Assembly (NCBI GenBank): GCA_049999805.1
Contig: JBNGIO010006415.1
Span: 128,529-161,830, forward strand
Length of the DNA: 33,302 bases
Source: Folioceros fuciformis
Taxonomy: Eukaryota
Direction: 5' to 3'
Positions 18,576 through 30,540 of this stretch are shown here, piece after piece. The position numbers and the translations under genes are program-made. The notes beneath the pieces were generated by a model. That model searched no databases. It was not told the origin of the DNA and worked only from the letters and a program-made list of their open reading frames with translations. The stretch's first letter is position 1, and each line of letters begins with the position of its first letter.

Positions 18576-21044
18576 ATGGCTATGACCATGGCCCGGGGCC
18601 GAGTCATGCAACCTCGGATTTGGTTTCAAGATGTTCAGGAAAGAAGTTCCTGCCCTGAGCTTTGCTGTGGAGCCCAGAGCAGGAAGCCGTGCCCCTTCAT
18701 CGGCAGGAGGAACGAGAAACGAGCATTTATTTCTGCACGACACTGGAAGCTGGTGCCTTCTGCCAGCAGTCACCTGGTGTCTCGAGTTTCAAAATCTGGG
18801 GTGAAAGCTGTGGAATGTAGCAATGGGAAGGACCACCTGGATGCTTCCAGCCCATCAGATGTAGTCATTCTGACCAACGGCCCCGGAGAGGTTGCCACAT
18901 GGGTGAGGCCTGTTGTAGCTGCATTGCGCCGCGGCTTCAAGCAGCCACAAGGATCGGCTTTGCGTGTATCGGTACGTGCGTGATGTTTTGCGGACTCTTT
19001 CCCCCTGTGCTCTGGTGAATGTTGGGTGATGTTTTTCCCGTGAGCAGGTGGTGCTAGCTCCGTGTCCGCATGCTTCTGGAGGTGAACTGAACCTGGTACG
19101 GTCGTTCGAGGAAGTGGACAGGTCGCAGGTGAGATATCTCCGTTGTTGAGGGAAGAGAGATTTCAGCTCGTTCTAACGAACAGACTGGACCAGACCTGGG
19201 TAACGGATGTGTGGAAATCAGGGACCGGAGCATTTCTGGCAGCTGCTGCTGCTGAATCGCACAGCGGACAGTTGGGACTGGTACAGCAAAGGAGTTTGTG
19301 TGTTCTTGGGAGGGGATCAGTTCAGCGCGGTGCGTTCTGGGTCTCTGCTTTTCACAAGGCTGGCCTGGCAAGGATGTTGCATTTGTTGTGCCTCACATTC
19401 TGTAGCCTTCCATGTGGCAGCTCGTCATTGGAAAAAGGCTCGGCTACCGGACAATTGTGTATGCCGAGGATGCATTGCGCTGGCCAGGGTAACGCATTAC
19501 AGTAGTGTTGGGCCGTTGCTTGTCTCTCAGATTCTGTAGTTCTTGCTCTCATGTGCCATTTTAAGCGCTCTCATGTGTCGTTTTAAGCGTTGGTGACAGC
19601 CTGGTGGACTTGTATGTGGTTCGATCGCTCCAAGTGTTGCAAGGCGTTCCGACTTGGTTGCGCTCAGGCTGCAAGGTCGTAGGGGATCTTTTTGAGGATG
19701 CTGTTGCCCTGACCGAGCAACAGCAAGATGGTCGATTGGAGAATGGGGCATCAGATGCTATACAGTTGAAGAACAGAGACCAAACCACGGGATGGCAGAC
19801 TTCAAGGGGTGAAGAGGCTGTCCGATTGCTGGGGCTCCTTCCAGGATCCAAGGTTGGATTCTGCGTTGGAGCTGAAATGCTGGAGAGGGTGCCTGCTTTG
19901 TATATGTGCTCCGACTGAAGCAGTTGTTTGCTGTGAAGCAGAACATAAAACTGGCCATTGGCGTGCCTTACTTGATGGCTGTGGCGGAGATTCTCCACAA
20001 GAGGTCAGATCTGTCTACATCATGTCCGGAGTGGTTCTGGAGTGTGTGATGGACTGTGGCACACCGCACGGCTGACATGGCGCTTATGCTGGCAGGATAG
20101 AATGGATGGTCGTGTACAATTTCTACTGCCTTTGGCTCCTACAGTCAGCGTGGAGATGCTTACCAGACAAGGAGATCCCAAGCACAACAAATACATAACC
20201 AAGTTCAACTGGTGTGCTGGAAATGTCCGAACGGCTGGCAAGCAGATATACTTAGTCACAGAAGGCGGCGTTGAGATTGAGGTGCAGCAGCAGTATCCCA
20301 GCTACCATGTGTACAAGCGTTGCTGCCTCTGTGTGACCACTGTACGCCATCACCACCCCCAACCATGTCCCTCCCGAGACGACGTCTATCCACGCTCCAT
20401 GTCTTTACACTTTTAGGTCCTAACTTGGCTGTGTATCATCTCCATCCTGCAGGTGGGAACGAATACTGCGGAGCTTGGGTTTCTGGGCATTCCAATGGTT
20501 GTCGTCCTCCCAACGCATGCCATTGAGGTGAACATTCCTCCGGCCACTATTTGCTTCACGGCCTAATTCCAGCTCCCACGCATCTTCCCTCTCCGCATGT
20601 ATCTCTGAACAAGCCGTTTAATCTGTTTCAGCTCTTCAAAGGCGCGACAGGGGGCCTGCTAGGCTTACTTGCCAGCATCCCTGGCTGGTGCGGGGACCAA
20701 GTAACACGCATGGTGAACATGGCTGTCCTGAGATCGGCAGGATACATCTCTTGGCCTAACCGGTGGGTTCCTGGGTTCCCCTCACCCTCCTCCCCTGTAG
20801 TGCATGGCGTGCTGCCCTAACTCCGTGTCCATGTCTCAGGTGGGCAGGTGAGGAGGTCGTCCCTGAGCTCGTGGGCCTGGTAGAACCCGCTCAGGTGGCT
20901 GACACAGTCCAAACGTGCCTATCAGGTGACAACCTATCAACCATGCGAAGCAGGCTGGCCTCCCTCCATCAGCACCGGGAGGGAAGCGGCCTGGGAGCAT
21001 CAGACCGCATCTGTCGAGAAATCGAGCGGATGCTATCTACATGA
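18576..21044 (+). CDS. Cyanobacterial-type lipid-A-disaccharide synthase (LpxB)-like glycosyltransferase with N-terminal extension; 10 exons, ~539 aa
   Basis: Exons 18576-18971, 19048-19128, 19222-19329, 19421-19488, 19600-19852, 19942-20003, 20101-20341, 20453-20527, 20632-20762 and 20840-21044. All introns are GT-AG with consistent phases; total 1620 nt. Motifs: ILTNGPGEVATWVRPVV, LAPCPHA, FLGGDQF, IGKRLGYRTIVYAE, VVGDL, LLPGSK, TTVGTNTAELGFLGIPMVVVLP, SWPNRWAGEEVVPELVG. Confidence 0.88.
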
Positions 21045-22040
21045 ACTCCTCGGTCCAGGAACAGGGCCTGCGCTACGGTCGTCCTGGGTCCACACACTGT
21101 GAGTCCCCACACTCCCTGTCAACGGGAGTTACACGTCCCACTGATCTTGGTCTACCGCCTCCTCTACCTAGGGTTGTTCTTCCATCGTGCTCACAATAAA
21201 GTCTCCATTCCTTATTCACACACCCGTTTCCCCTGCCCTCCTCACCGTCCAGGGATGCCCCCAGCCGACACCCGCCTTCCCCAGCAACATCCAATCCAAC
21301 TGTACCGCCTGGTTGGGTTGACTAGTGGCCGAGGTAAGAGCGGTTGCGTCGAATCTGACTCGACCACTCCTGGTGACGTCCATGACGCACCTACGAGCTC
21401 CAAGACACTCCCCATTGGCCCTGGCGATTGATTGGAGTACGGAGATCGCTTCCTGTCGCCCGTTTCCTACCACCTTCACAGCCCACCTCGCTGGCGTGAT
21501 GCTTTGCAGCCCCGGAAGCCAAATATTCTCTGGTCAAGGACAAATTGCCAGCATTCTGTGCCCTTTCCAACATTTTCGTTAACTCTTGCATCTGCAAACT
21601 TGGACGGGACCGGATGCCACGCAAAAGCCCACGCAATCGCGATCTCCATGGCCCTTGTTGAACAGGCCAGAACTCCCACTGCCGTCAAACAAAACCTGCA
21701 CTGCGATCTTAAATTAAGACGGCGGATCTTAGTACATGCTACTTCGAATCTCCTTCCGCTGTCGAAAGACAAGTCTTCCAAAGGATTCATCACATGAGCC
21801 TTTCCTCCATGTAGCTTCCTCTTAACCCATATTGTCTTTGTCTTATTCCAGGGTATCGCATTGAGTGGTAGACATTGTAGCATGGCAAGTAACTTATGAG
21901 ACCATTCCTCTGTCCTTGTTAAATTCAATTTATGTGTGGATTTGTATATTTTTACAGAAAAAAAAGAAGAAGAGGAAGAAAAGAAATCTATTTATTATTA
22001 TTTGTAATATGTAACCCACTGGTATGGTGAGGAGGAGCCT

Positions 22041-22068
22041 GGTATGTATGGTATGTATGGTATGTATG
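22041..22068 (+). repeat. (GGTATGTAT)x3 microsatellite
   Basis: Direct sequence. Confidence 0.9.
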
Positions 22069-22551
22069 TGAGCAACAACAAGACATGGAAGACAAACTTG
22101 AGGATGGGCTGATCCGGGATAGCGAAGCGTAAAGTGGGATTGGATGTGGGTGAGTGTAATGTAAAAAAAAAACAGTCGTGGCATCCCATCTGGGTTGGCA
22201 CACAGGCAGAGGCACAGGAACAGGCAGGTCCGTGTCGTGGCTGCACCGGCCGTGCTTACAAGAAAGAGGAAGGGGACGGGACAGAGGGAGAGAGAAACCC
22301 CATCCCCAGGCTGCCCTCAGCCACAGGCGAGCGCGTGCCCATCCTCATTCCGCGCCATCAGATTTTTGTGCGCCCGCTCGGTGGATGCTGGATGCATATG
22401 TTTACGCCTCGCATCCCTTCCAGCGTTGCAGATTCCGTGCCGGGACAGCACTAAGTCACCGCGGTTTCGCAGCTTGGAATGCCCCGGGCGGCGCCCGAGG
22501 TTTGGAGCGGAGCAGCCCGGGGGCTCGGACCATCTAGCTGCTGCTCGGGGG

Positions 22552-22635
22552 AGCAGGAGCAGGTGCAGGTGCAGGTACAGGTACAGGTGCCGGTGCAGGT
22601 CCAGTCGCAGGTGCAGGTGCAGGAGGAGGAGCAGG
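22552..22635 (+). repeat. Imperfect (GCAGGT)n hexamer repeat upstream of the bHLH gene
   Basis: gcaggagcaggtgcaggtgcaggtacaggtacaggtgc... Confidence 0.85.
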
Positions 22636-22764
22636 GACGCGTGCTGGTGGTGTAGGCGGGAGAATGAGCGGTAGAGGTCAGGTGGACCTGGCGTAGGGGT
22701 CAGAACTGCTTGTCCCGGGGGATGCTTGCCATCGGCTGCCGCGGGGGAGCGCTGGAGGGAGCGT

Positions 22765-22864
22765 NNNNNNNNNNNNNNNNNNNNNNNNNNNNNNNNNNNN
22801 NNNNNNNNNNNNNNNNNNNNNNNNNNNNNNNNNNNNNNNNNNNNNNNNNNNNNNNNNNNNNNNN
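22765..22864. other. Assembly gap (100 N)
   Basis: Run of N. Confidence 1.
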
Positions 22865-22868
22865 CAGT

Positions 22869-24157
22869 ATGACCTCGCCCTCCAACAATACAAAGTGGAT
22901 GTCATTCCTCGCGGAGAACCTCTTGGATGTGGAGGAGGCTCAGCCCTCCAACGCATTCTTCTGGTGCACGCAGCAGCCGATAGAGCAACCGGACTGCAGG
23001 TCGCTCGCTAAGTATGTTGGCAGCTCGGTCTTGTTTGTTGTTTTGTTTCATGGAGGTGTTTGTTTTCAGCTCTAGTGGGAGTGAGTTGAGGTGGTGTGGT
23101 ATGGATTGGATTGGTTTGGTGTGGAGTGGAGGGAACTCAGGGTGGCGTTGCTCTGGGCTAGGCGTGGAAAGCCGTCTGCGTCCTTTGTGTTTCTCGCACT
23201 TGCTCCCTGCTGCTGCTGTTGCTACTGAGTAGGCTGTAATGGCATGCCTGGCCTGATAGCAGTGTGGACAATGACGGCTCAAAATGTGAGTCGGAGGAAC
23301 AGGATAAGGTATGCCCGCGGAAAAGGTACGAGCCTGGATCATTTTTTGTGTGTTGCGTCTTCTCCCTGTGTGTTGCGTCTTCTCTTGCGCCAGTCGGTGG
23401 ATCTCTTGTATTGAAGTGCATCGTTTCTGCAATCAGGGTGAGGGAGGAGCCCTGTTCGGGAGCGGGTAACAAAGCATGCCGGGAGAAAATGCGGAGGGAC
23501 AGGTTGAATGACAGGTGAGGTTTTATTAGAGGCATAGTCTCTTGTCCTTGGTAGGTGGTGCCTTGTTTGTGCAAGTGTTGTCGCATGTGTCTGACTGTCT
23601 GTGCCGTGAACTGGAACAGGTTCATGGACCTCAGTCAGGCTCTGGAGCCGAACCGTCCCCCTAAGACGGACAAGGCGACCATCCTGAGTGACGCAGTCCG
23701 CATTGTAACCAGCCTCCGCGCTGAGGCTCAGCAGTTGAAAGATTCCAACCACCAGCTTCGGGAAGCGATCAAGGATCTCAAGGTGCGTGGGCTGGCTGTC
23801 ATGCGTATGAGCTTGCGGAGGTGGCATTTAAACCCCTGTCATAGTGTTGTAACTTGCAGCTCTTGTAATGTGTGCCCCCAGGCGGAAAAGAATGAGTTAC
23901 GAGACGAGAAGCTTAGGTTGAAGGCAGACAAGGAGAGGTTGGAGCTTCAAGTGAAGGCCATGGCATCGCCAGCTGGTTTCATGCCTCATCCTGCCGCTAT
24001 GCATGCAGCAGCTGCAGCCTTTGCTGTCCAGAGTCAAGCTGCGAGTACAAAAGCTGCACACATGGCAGGCTACCCCGGCATGGCGATGTGGCAATGGCTG
24101 CCGCCTGCTACTGTCGACACATCGCAAGATCACATCCTCAGGCCTCCTGTTGCTTGA
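22869..24157 (+). CDS. ILR3: bHLH-leucine zipper transcription factor, subgroup IVc (ILR3/bHLH105/104/115/34-like; iron homeostasis); 5 exons, ~237 aa
   Basis: Exons 22869-22999, 23260-23325, 23437-23514, 23620-23782 and 23882-24157 (GT-AG). Motifs KACREKMRRDRLNDRF, PPKTDKATILSDAVR, LKAEKNELRDEKLRLKADKERLELQVK and MWQWLPPATVDTSQDHILRPPVA*. Confidence 0.93.
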
Positions 24158-25059
24158 ATTGAACTCTCTTTCTTGCAACTGAGCAGCTGTTCAGGCCTCA
24201 GTACAGTGCGTTTAGGGAAACAGATTCTGCATTTAAGGCTCAGGGCGTGGTAATAGTCGCAAGGAGTCTCCAGTGTGAGCTTGTGGGAAGCCTCGCACCT
24301 CCTGGTCCAAGGCTGACGGGGGTATCAGCTTTGGCAGTTGCCAGGCCTTGAGTCATGGAGTTTCGCCTTGAGGATGCCGGTGGCAGATGGTCTGCAATGT
24401 TTACACATGGTCATTTTTTTTGCTGGACACAATTGCCTTTTTGGGTCACATTGCAGGGTCAAAGGGCAAGGCAATGACATCTGATGTAGTAGGCAGAACA
24501 GGAATAACACGATGTCTGTGTGCATTGAACTAAATAGGCACTGAAGTCATGCGACTAACCGATTTAGTTGCGCTAGGTGGACCTTGCTCCCCAGGACGTG
24601 GATTCCGCAGCGGTGCTCATGAGCTCGCCGCTGCAGCACTGGGACTAACTGAGCGGGTCTGCCCTGTTCCTCTGTTTTTGTTTATTTTTTCATCTGCTGT
24701 ACTCAAATGAGTGATATCTAGAGAACGGAGATTTTGGTTCACTGCCATCCGTGCTAGCACATCATGCAGTGTCTGGAAACAAGCCTCTTCTCAATTCACA
24801 ACTCGAAAACGTGTGGAATTCCTTGTTTCCTCTCTCCTCGATGCATCTTTGAGACTGCGTGTCAGGGCTGGGTGCTGTTATCCAGGGGTTCCGTGGGTTC
24901 GAAGCGCGCCTGCCGAAGTTAGTTATCTGTTTAGTGTACCGAAGTATGTACAGTAGGTAGGTCATTGGAAGGTAGCGATAGGGAATGCACTTTATCTCAA
25001 CCCAAAGTTTAGAAAAGCATTTGAGTGTTTTTCAACATTATGTATTTTTCTAAAAAATA

Positions 25060-25345
25060 GCTTTGAACAAGCAAGATTAGAGTGCTTAAGAGCAAGCAAG
25101 AGTAGAGTGCATCAAACATGCAAACTGATATTGAGACTTAACTTAGGTAGTTACTTAGTACTTAACTTCGAGCTTAACTTAAGTAGGTTTTAAAAGAAGA
25201 ACCGAAGCCTGATAGCTTAACTTAGGTGGTTAATTAGATTTAGCTTAGAGCTAAACCTAGGTCATTGCTAAGAGAAGAACTAAAGCCTCGATATAGAAAA
25301 AGGGTTTAGCCTTGGGATAAGGACACATACAAATATCCCCTTATG
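25060..25345. mobile_element. AT-rich, internally repetitive LTR-like relic (cttaacttaggt repeats)
   Basis: Repeated (g)cttaacttaggt and agaagaac..aagcct motifs, downstream of the copia integrase in element orientation. Boundaries are unclear. Confidence 0.3.
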
Positions 25346-25699
25346 CCCTAGAGCATTCAATGCTTAGGTGGTGAGCACCCAAAGTGTGTTCTCTTTTAGA
25401 CCCAAGGCAGGAAGGAAGGCTTTTGTATAAACGAGTAGAACCACTAAATAGCATTGCAAATGGGCATTGTACTCCTTCTAAGTTTCCTCCTTCAAGAATT
25501 CTTGCGGGAACACTGGGTGGTACAACCTCACTTGCTAGGATGTCCTCGCTATCACCCTCCAATGTGTGATGATTCTCTTATGTTATCATTGGCAGATCTA
25601 GGACGAGGAAAGAGTCTTGGATAAACTCAAAGTTGAGGTCCCTATAGACAGTCGTGCTCTCCGCATGACTTCCAATGTTGTTCTTAGCGAACACAACGT

Positions 25700-26950
25700 C
25701 CAAACTTTCATACATTTTCTTGCTAACAAGATCTTACAATATGTAAGCCTTCTGCTCATTCGCATTACCAATGAAGCTGCACTTGACACTTTTGTCGTCC
25801 AACTTTTTCTACAGTTGCTTAGGAACATGCATGTATGCTACACAACCGAATACTCTCAAGTGCGAGGCGTTTGGTTTCTCGCCAAACCAGGCTTCATGGG
25901 GTGTCATAGAACTACCTAGTGCCATGGTAATTGACATATTCTGTATATGTACCACTATTGCCATTGCATCTGCCCAAAAATACTTTGGCATCATGCTTTT
26001 CGCTAGCATAATCTTGGTGCCATTACAAATGGTGCGATTCTTCTACTCGGCAATCCCTACGTGTTGCGGCGTGTACTTGGTAGTTAACTGCCTCTCAATT
26101 TTGGCTGTTGTGTATTCATCCTTAAAGAGTTTGCTTAAATACTCTCCTCCCCCATCAGTTTGGAGTTTTTTCAACTTCTTTCTGGTTTGTTTCTCTACAT
26201 TCACCCGCAACATCTGAAATGGTTTGAGAGCATCACTCTTCTTCCGCAGGAAGTACACCATTGTTCTCCTACTATAGTCATCGATAAACAAAATATAGTA
26301 TCTTGCTTGTATCATTCTTGCTTCTACTTGCATTGGTCCACATAGATCAAACTGGACAAGTTCCAAGACTTCTTTTGCTCTCTTTGTGGCCGAAAAGTAA
26401 GACTTTCGGGGAGGCTTGCCTTTCATACAAGCATCACACAAACCTAGTTCGGCCTTCTAGAGCTCCATGCTTGTCACAAGCTTCTTGCACTCCATCTCTG
26501 GGAGAAACTTCAAGTTGGTATACCCAAACTGTCTATGCCACAGTAAGGCATTTTCGCCTTTCTCTAACACTGTCAGAGCCTCTCGGTCATCAGGGATCTC
26601 CATCTGGTATAAGTTACCCATACAGTGGCCTTTCACCACTATATCGACGTGCATCTAACCATTCTTCATAAACAAAACTTCCTTCTTTGTAAAAAGGACT
26701 TGCAGACCTGCATTGATCAATGGTGCCACAAACATGAGATTTCTACGTAAGTTTGATACAAATAGCACTCCTCCCATTGCCTTGACCTCGCTAGTAAGCA
26801 ATATGAGTCTGTACTCCCCCACACCCTCAATGCCTATCTTGTTGTCCTTCCGTTCCTACAAGGACTCCCCCTCCCTATCCTTGTTCTGGCTGTTCCGTCC
26901 CTTCCCCTTGGCAAACATTGCATGCTCCATACTTGTTGAAGACCTCGCCA
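25700..26950 (-). mobile_element. Decayed Ty1/copia pol: protease - GAG-pre-integrase - integrase
   Basis: GVLVGTKDNKIGIEGVGE...NLRRNL; LWHRQFGY; CDACMKGK; LELVQFDLCGPM; FIDDYSR; LQTDGGGEY; TPQHVGIAE*; FWADA; TPHEAWFGEKPNASHLRVFGCVAY. Confidence 0.92.
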
Positions 26951-27139
26951 TTGCATGCAATTGGCAAGTCTCCTTTGCTAACATCTTAGAGGTGGCTGTC
27001 ATGCTGTTGCTGTATGGGAAACAGAGCACCTAAGACTCTATGACTGGATACTGACTAGAGCATCCTGGGCATAAGCCCTGAATGCTGAAATGACTAGATA
27101 CTGACTGGAGCATCTCGGGCATAAGCCCTGATGCTGAAG

Positions 27140-27320
27140 TGCTTGATGATGTCATGTACATGGCCCATGGATGGCCTGCACATGACATGTATGCCATATA
27201 TGCATGTGTGCCATGTATGCATGCATATGGAGATGAAGGATGACATGTGATGTATGTGGACATGTGGCAGGTGATGTGTCATGGCGCATGCAACCTATAT
27301 GCATGGTTGTGCATGAAAGG
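27140..27320. repeat. Low-complexity CATG/TATG-rich tract
   Basis: catgacatgtatgccatatatgcatgtgtgccatgtatgcatgcatatgg... Confidence 0.7.
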
Positions 27321-27799
27321 CGCGGTGCTATGCCGCATATATAGATAGCAGATTTATATTAGAAGATATTAGAAAATACATAAAAATCATAAATCAAGGA
27401 AAGTAGGATTATAAAGTGCCCACCATCGATACGGGTGGACACTTCATCGAGAACTCCTGGGGGTTTTTGCCTATATATGTAGGCACCCAGCCATGGATTC
27501 TCGGATTGTTGATGTTTGTCTTGTTCCAATAGACAGCCATACTTCGTCCCTGCTGTGTCTTTGTCTCCTAGAGGTTCTTGTGGTTCGTTGCATTGCCAGG
27601 TTGGGAGAATTTTCCAGCTTGATTTCACCTGTTGACGGGTCCCGGGTCTGCCTCTCTTAGGCAAACCTAGTCTCTTTTTGTAGCCTTGCTCTTGGCCATA
27701 GGCCAAGGACAAATTAAGGCTAGGATTGTTGCTCCTGGGCCGAAGGCCAAGGAGATCGCAGGCAGGCAGAAGCTTAGTGACCTAGCTTGGTAGACAGGC

Positions 27800-28008
27800 T
27801 AGGTAGGCATGCAGCAATGCGGCTGCTGCGCGACATGGCCTCCTCCCACGTGATAGTGTCTTGGGCTATAAGGAAATATATGAACCCTGACCAAGCTTTG
27901 GGCATAGAACGATATAAAAACATCTTCTGTATGTCCTCTCGGATGGCAAAGCGCTTGTTATTGTATGTGACCAAGGTAGCCAACGTGGAACTCCCGTCGA
28001 TTCTTGAG
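27800..28008 (-). mobile_element. Copia gag (UBN2-like) fragment
   Basis: Peptide AIREDIQKMFLYRSMPKAWSGFIYFLIAQDTITWEEAMSR lies upstream of the copia pol on the same strand. Confidence 0.5.
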
Positions 28009-29777
28009 TGACAGCATAACAGTCTACTTCTAACTCTTGTGATTTGATTAATTAACAATGATGTACAAAAATGTCTTAAATACGATATCTTTGTGTCCTT
28101 TGGCGTTTTAACCCTAACTCGAACGACCACTATATATGTGACGTTATGTTTAGGTTTAACTAGGATAAACGCTTATCGTAACACCCCCCCTTAAACTAAA
28201 CATATGGACAATCATGTGGCATCATGGAGACGACTCCCCGTGAAGGAATCGTAGTAATGATGTAATAAAACCCTCGCCGCCACGATTATCCGCGAGACAA
28301 AAGGTTGGTGGCTACATGCTTGAGGATTGCCGGTTGTACAGGGGTGTTTACGCCCCAAGGCTTGCTCTCGAGGATAAAGCAGAAGGCGCAAAGATGGAAA
28401 CCCACCTCGCCTCCACGATTGCGGTGATTCAGCTGCTGTTCTTCGTTTCCTTGAATATGTTCAGTCTTGCGATTATGCAGACAAGAAGCAAGAGGGCTTA
28501 CCTTCGACGAGGGGCGTCGAAGAGGGGCAGGAAGAAGACGGGGTCACCCAAGCTAGAGACGATGGATAGTCCACCAGAATCTCCTGCGCCCGTCACTAAG
28601 GAAGAAAAGAGGGAGACTGTTGCCAGAGGTTGGGAGTGGGATGTAAAGCACGCCTGGGGACGCTACATCCACTTAGGGCCTTATCACGTAGAGTTGAGCC
28701 TCAAAATAATCGTGGGGAAAGTCAAGAAAGGCGGATCACGCCCCAATCTCCACGACAACTGTAAGGGAGAAAATGGTAGACAGAACCTCATCTTAGAGCT
28801 GAAGAAGACCATCAAGCTGCTGGAGGAAGTGAAGGATGTGATGCCAAGTGAGGAAGGGGGGTACTGAGCCAGCAGCAAGGTGATTTGATCTGTCAAGAGA
28901 GCTTCATCCACCTGCTCTGGCCTTGTGTATGCTCACGAGATAACTTTGTGTGGTCCTGATTATACAGGAAGGGTTCCTGGCTGTATAATGGAGAGAGCCC
29001 TTAGTGTGGAGTGAGTGCGCAAGTTTTTGCCTATTCCATCTATCTCCCTCTCTCAGACAACCAGATAAGTCCTTACTGCTGGGAATAGGTGGAGAAATCC
29101 GCTAGCCCTAGTCCTTCCATGTGGGCATAGTGCTTCTGCTTAGATAGACCTTTTGTTAAGATATGAGCAGTGTTGTCTTCCGTTTTCACGTAACCGACTT
29201 TGATTACTCCTTGCTCGACCACATCGCGTATATAGTGATGATGGATCTCTATATGCTTGGTTCGAGCATGGGATTTAGGGTTGGCTACTAATTCAAGGGC
29301 TAGCTGGTTATCGCAGAGCAGTTGTGTAGGTTGGAGTTGTTTTTGATCCAGATCGCTAGGGAAACTTCTTTCCCACTCAGCTTCCTTAGAGGCCTCTATC
29401 AAGGACTTGTACTCAGCTTCAGTGGAACTGAGGGCTATGGAGGTCTATTTCTTACAACTCCAATTAACAGCTGCAGACGCAAGGAGGAAACAGTAGGTGG
29501 ATAGGCTGCGTCGGGAATCCTGATCAGAGGCCCAATCAACGTCTGTAAACCTTGTCAAGGTGAGTTTCAATGTTCCACTCCTTTTGTATACCAGCCCTAT
29601 GGTGAGTGTGCCTTTCAAATAACGAAAAATTCGTTTCACTGCTGTCCAGTGTGGACGACCAGGTTTCTCCAGTACTAATCGAGTATTGAATGTCAGGTCG
29701 TGTCTAGTTAGCCACGAAAAGGAGGCTGCCAACTGCATGTCTGTATAGTACATCACGCATGTCTTCTATCTCTTCAG
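28009..29777 (-). mobile_element. Second Ty1/copia element, 3' part: RT end - RNase H - 3' region - PPT - putative 3' LTR
   Basis: EEIEDMRDVLYRHAVGSLL; HWTAVKRIFRYLKGT; FTDVDWASDQDSRRS; SSTEAEY; CDNQLA; HARTKHIEIHHHYIRD; TEDNTAHILTKGL. Minus-strand PPT AAGGGGGGG (28192-28184) is directly followed by TGTTA at 28183. The putative LTR end ...TGTCA at 28009 is less certain. Confidence 0.88.
28316..28867 (+). CDS. Antisense ORF of unknown function in the copia 3' region (183 aa; 130 aa from MQTRSK)
   Basis: Open frame between the RNase H stop and the PPT, on the opposite strand. Basic N-terminal segment and helical C-terminus. No recognisable domain. Confidence 0.35.
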   Translation: MLEDCRLYRGVYAPRLALEDKAEGAKMETHLASTIAVIQLLFFVSLNMFSLAIMQTRSKRAYLRRGASKRGRKKTGSPKLETMDSPPESPAPVTKEEKRETVARGWEWDVKHAWGRYIHLGPYHVELSLKIIVGKVKKGGSRPNLHDNCKGENGRQNLILELKKTIKLLEEVKDVMPSEEGGY

Positions 29778-30134
29778 CACTGGCAACGCAAACAAGGTCT
29801 GCGCCTAACGGTTGTATTCCGCCAAATCGGGCTTCGGGTCATTTTCTCCGTCATTTTCCGTGGCACATATCCAGAAATCATGCTATTTGGTGTGGATTAA
29901 CTCCCAAATCTACGGAACAACGGTCACGACAAACTTTGTATTCATCATGTTTACCCAAAAACTAGGCGAAATTGCGGGTTACCAACAGTAAAACTTTTTG
30001 ATCCTATCTAGTTCCACGGTTGGTCTGACACTACCGACTGCATGTAGACGGAATGATATTTTTTGAAATCGGAATTACTTGAAACTGTGATATGTTAAAG
30101 CTTTTTCAACATCGCTCATTCAATGCTGGACGGA

Positions 30135-30303
30135 AGGAGTGCGCCGGTCTACTGGCGCACAGACCCTAAACCCTTGCTTAAGTGTGCCGGTAGACCGGCG
30201 CACTCCTACTTGTGAAGCGATGAGTAGCTGGTGAACACCCAGATCGGGTCTGGAGAGAGTGCACCAGAATTGTTCAAAATGAGTTAGGGTTAGGCCGGCG
30301 CAC
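30135..30303. repeat. Subterminal copies of the same palindrome
   Basis: Copies at 30139-30160 and 30181-30204 (mutually inverted around accctaaaccct), and a half-site at 30294-30303. Confidence 0.88.
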
Positions 30304-30540
30304 AGATAGGCCGAGGTAGCCGCTCTCTATGAGCACCCCCACAAGGGTGCTTATGAATAGCCAACCACAGCTCTTTGCAAACAGTGTTCATATGTATGAA
30401 GTATGGTATACATGAAAGTACTTAACCGGTATAGTCTAAGTTTTTGCGAGTTCGTCATTGAGTTCATCTGCACGGTTTTCTTGATCCCGTCTAAGCACAT
30501 ACAAGTTCTTTCTAATAAGGTTTCGAGTGCGAGCGTGTGG

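Noticed and set aside
21073-22700. Short ORFs between the LpxB-like and bHLH genes, including the Arg/Cys-rich 22195..22674
   Set aside because: Explained by GC-rich sequence and simple repeats; no supportable gene model.
27340-27770. Possible solo LTR between copia gag and pol
   Set aside because: LTR-like composition and a TATA-like motif are present, but I could not define TG..CA ends or a TSD.
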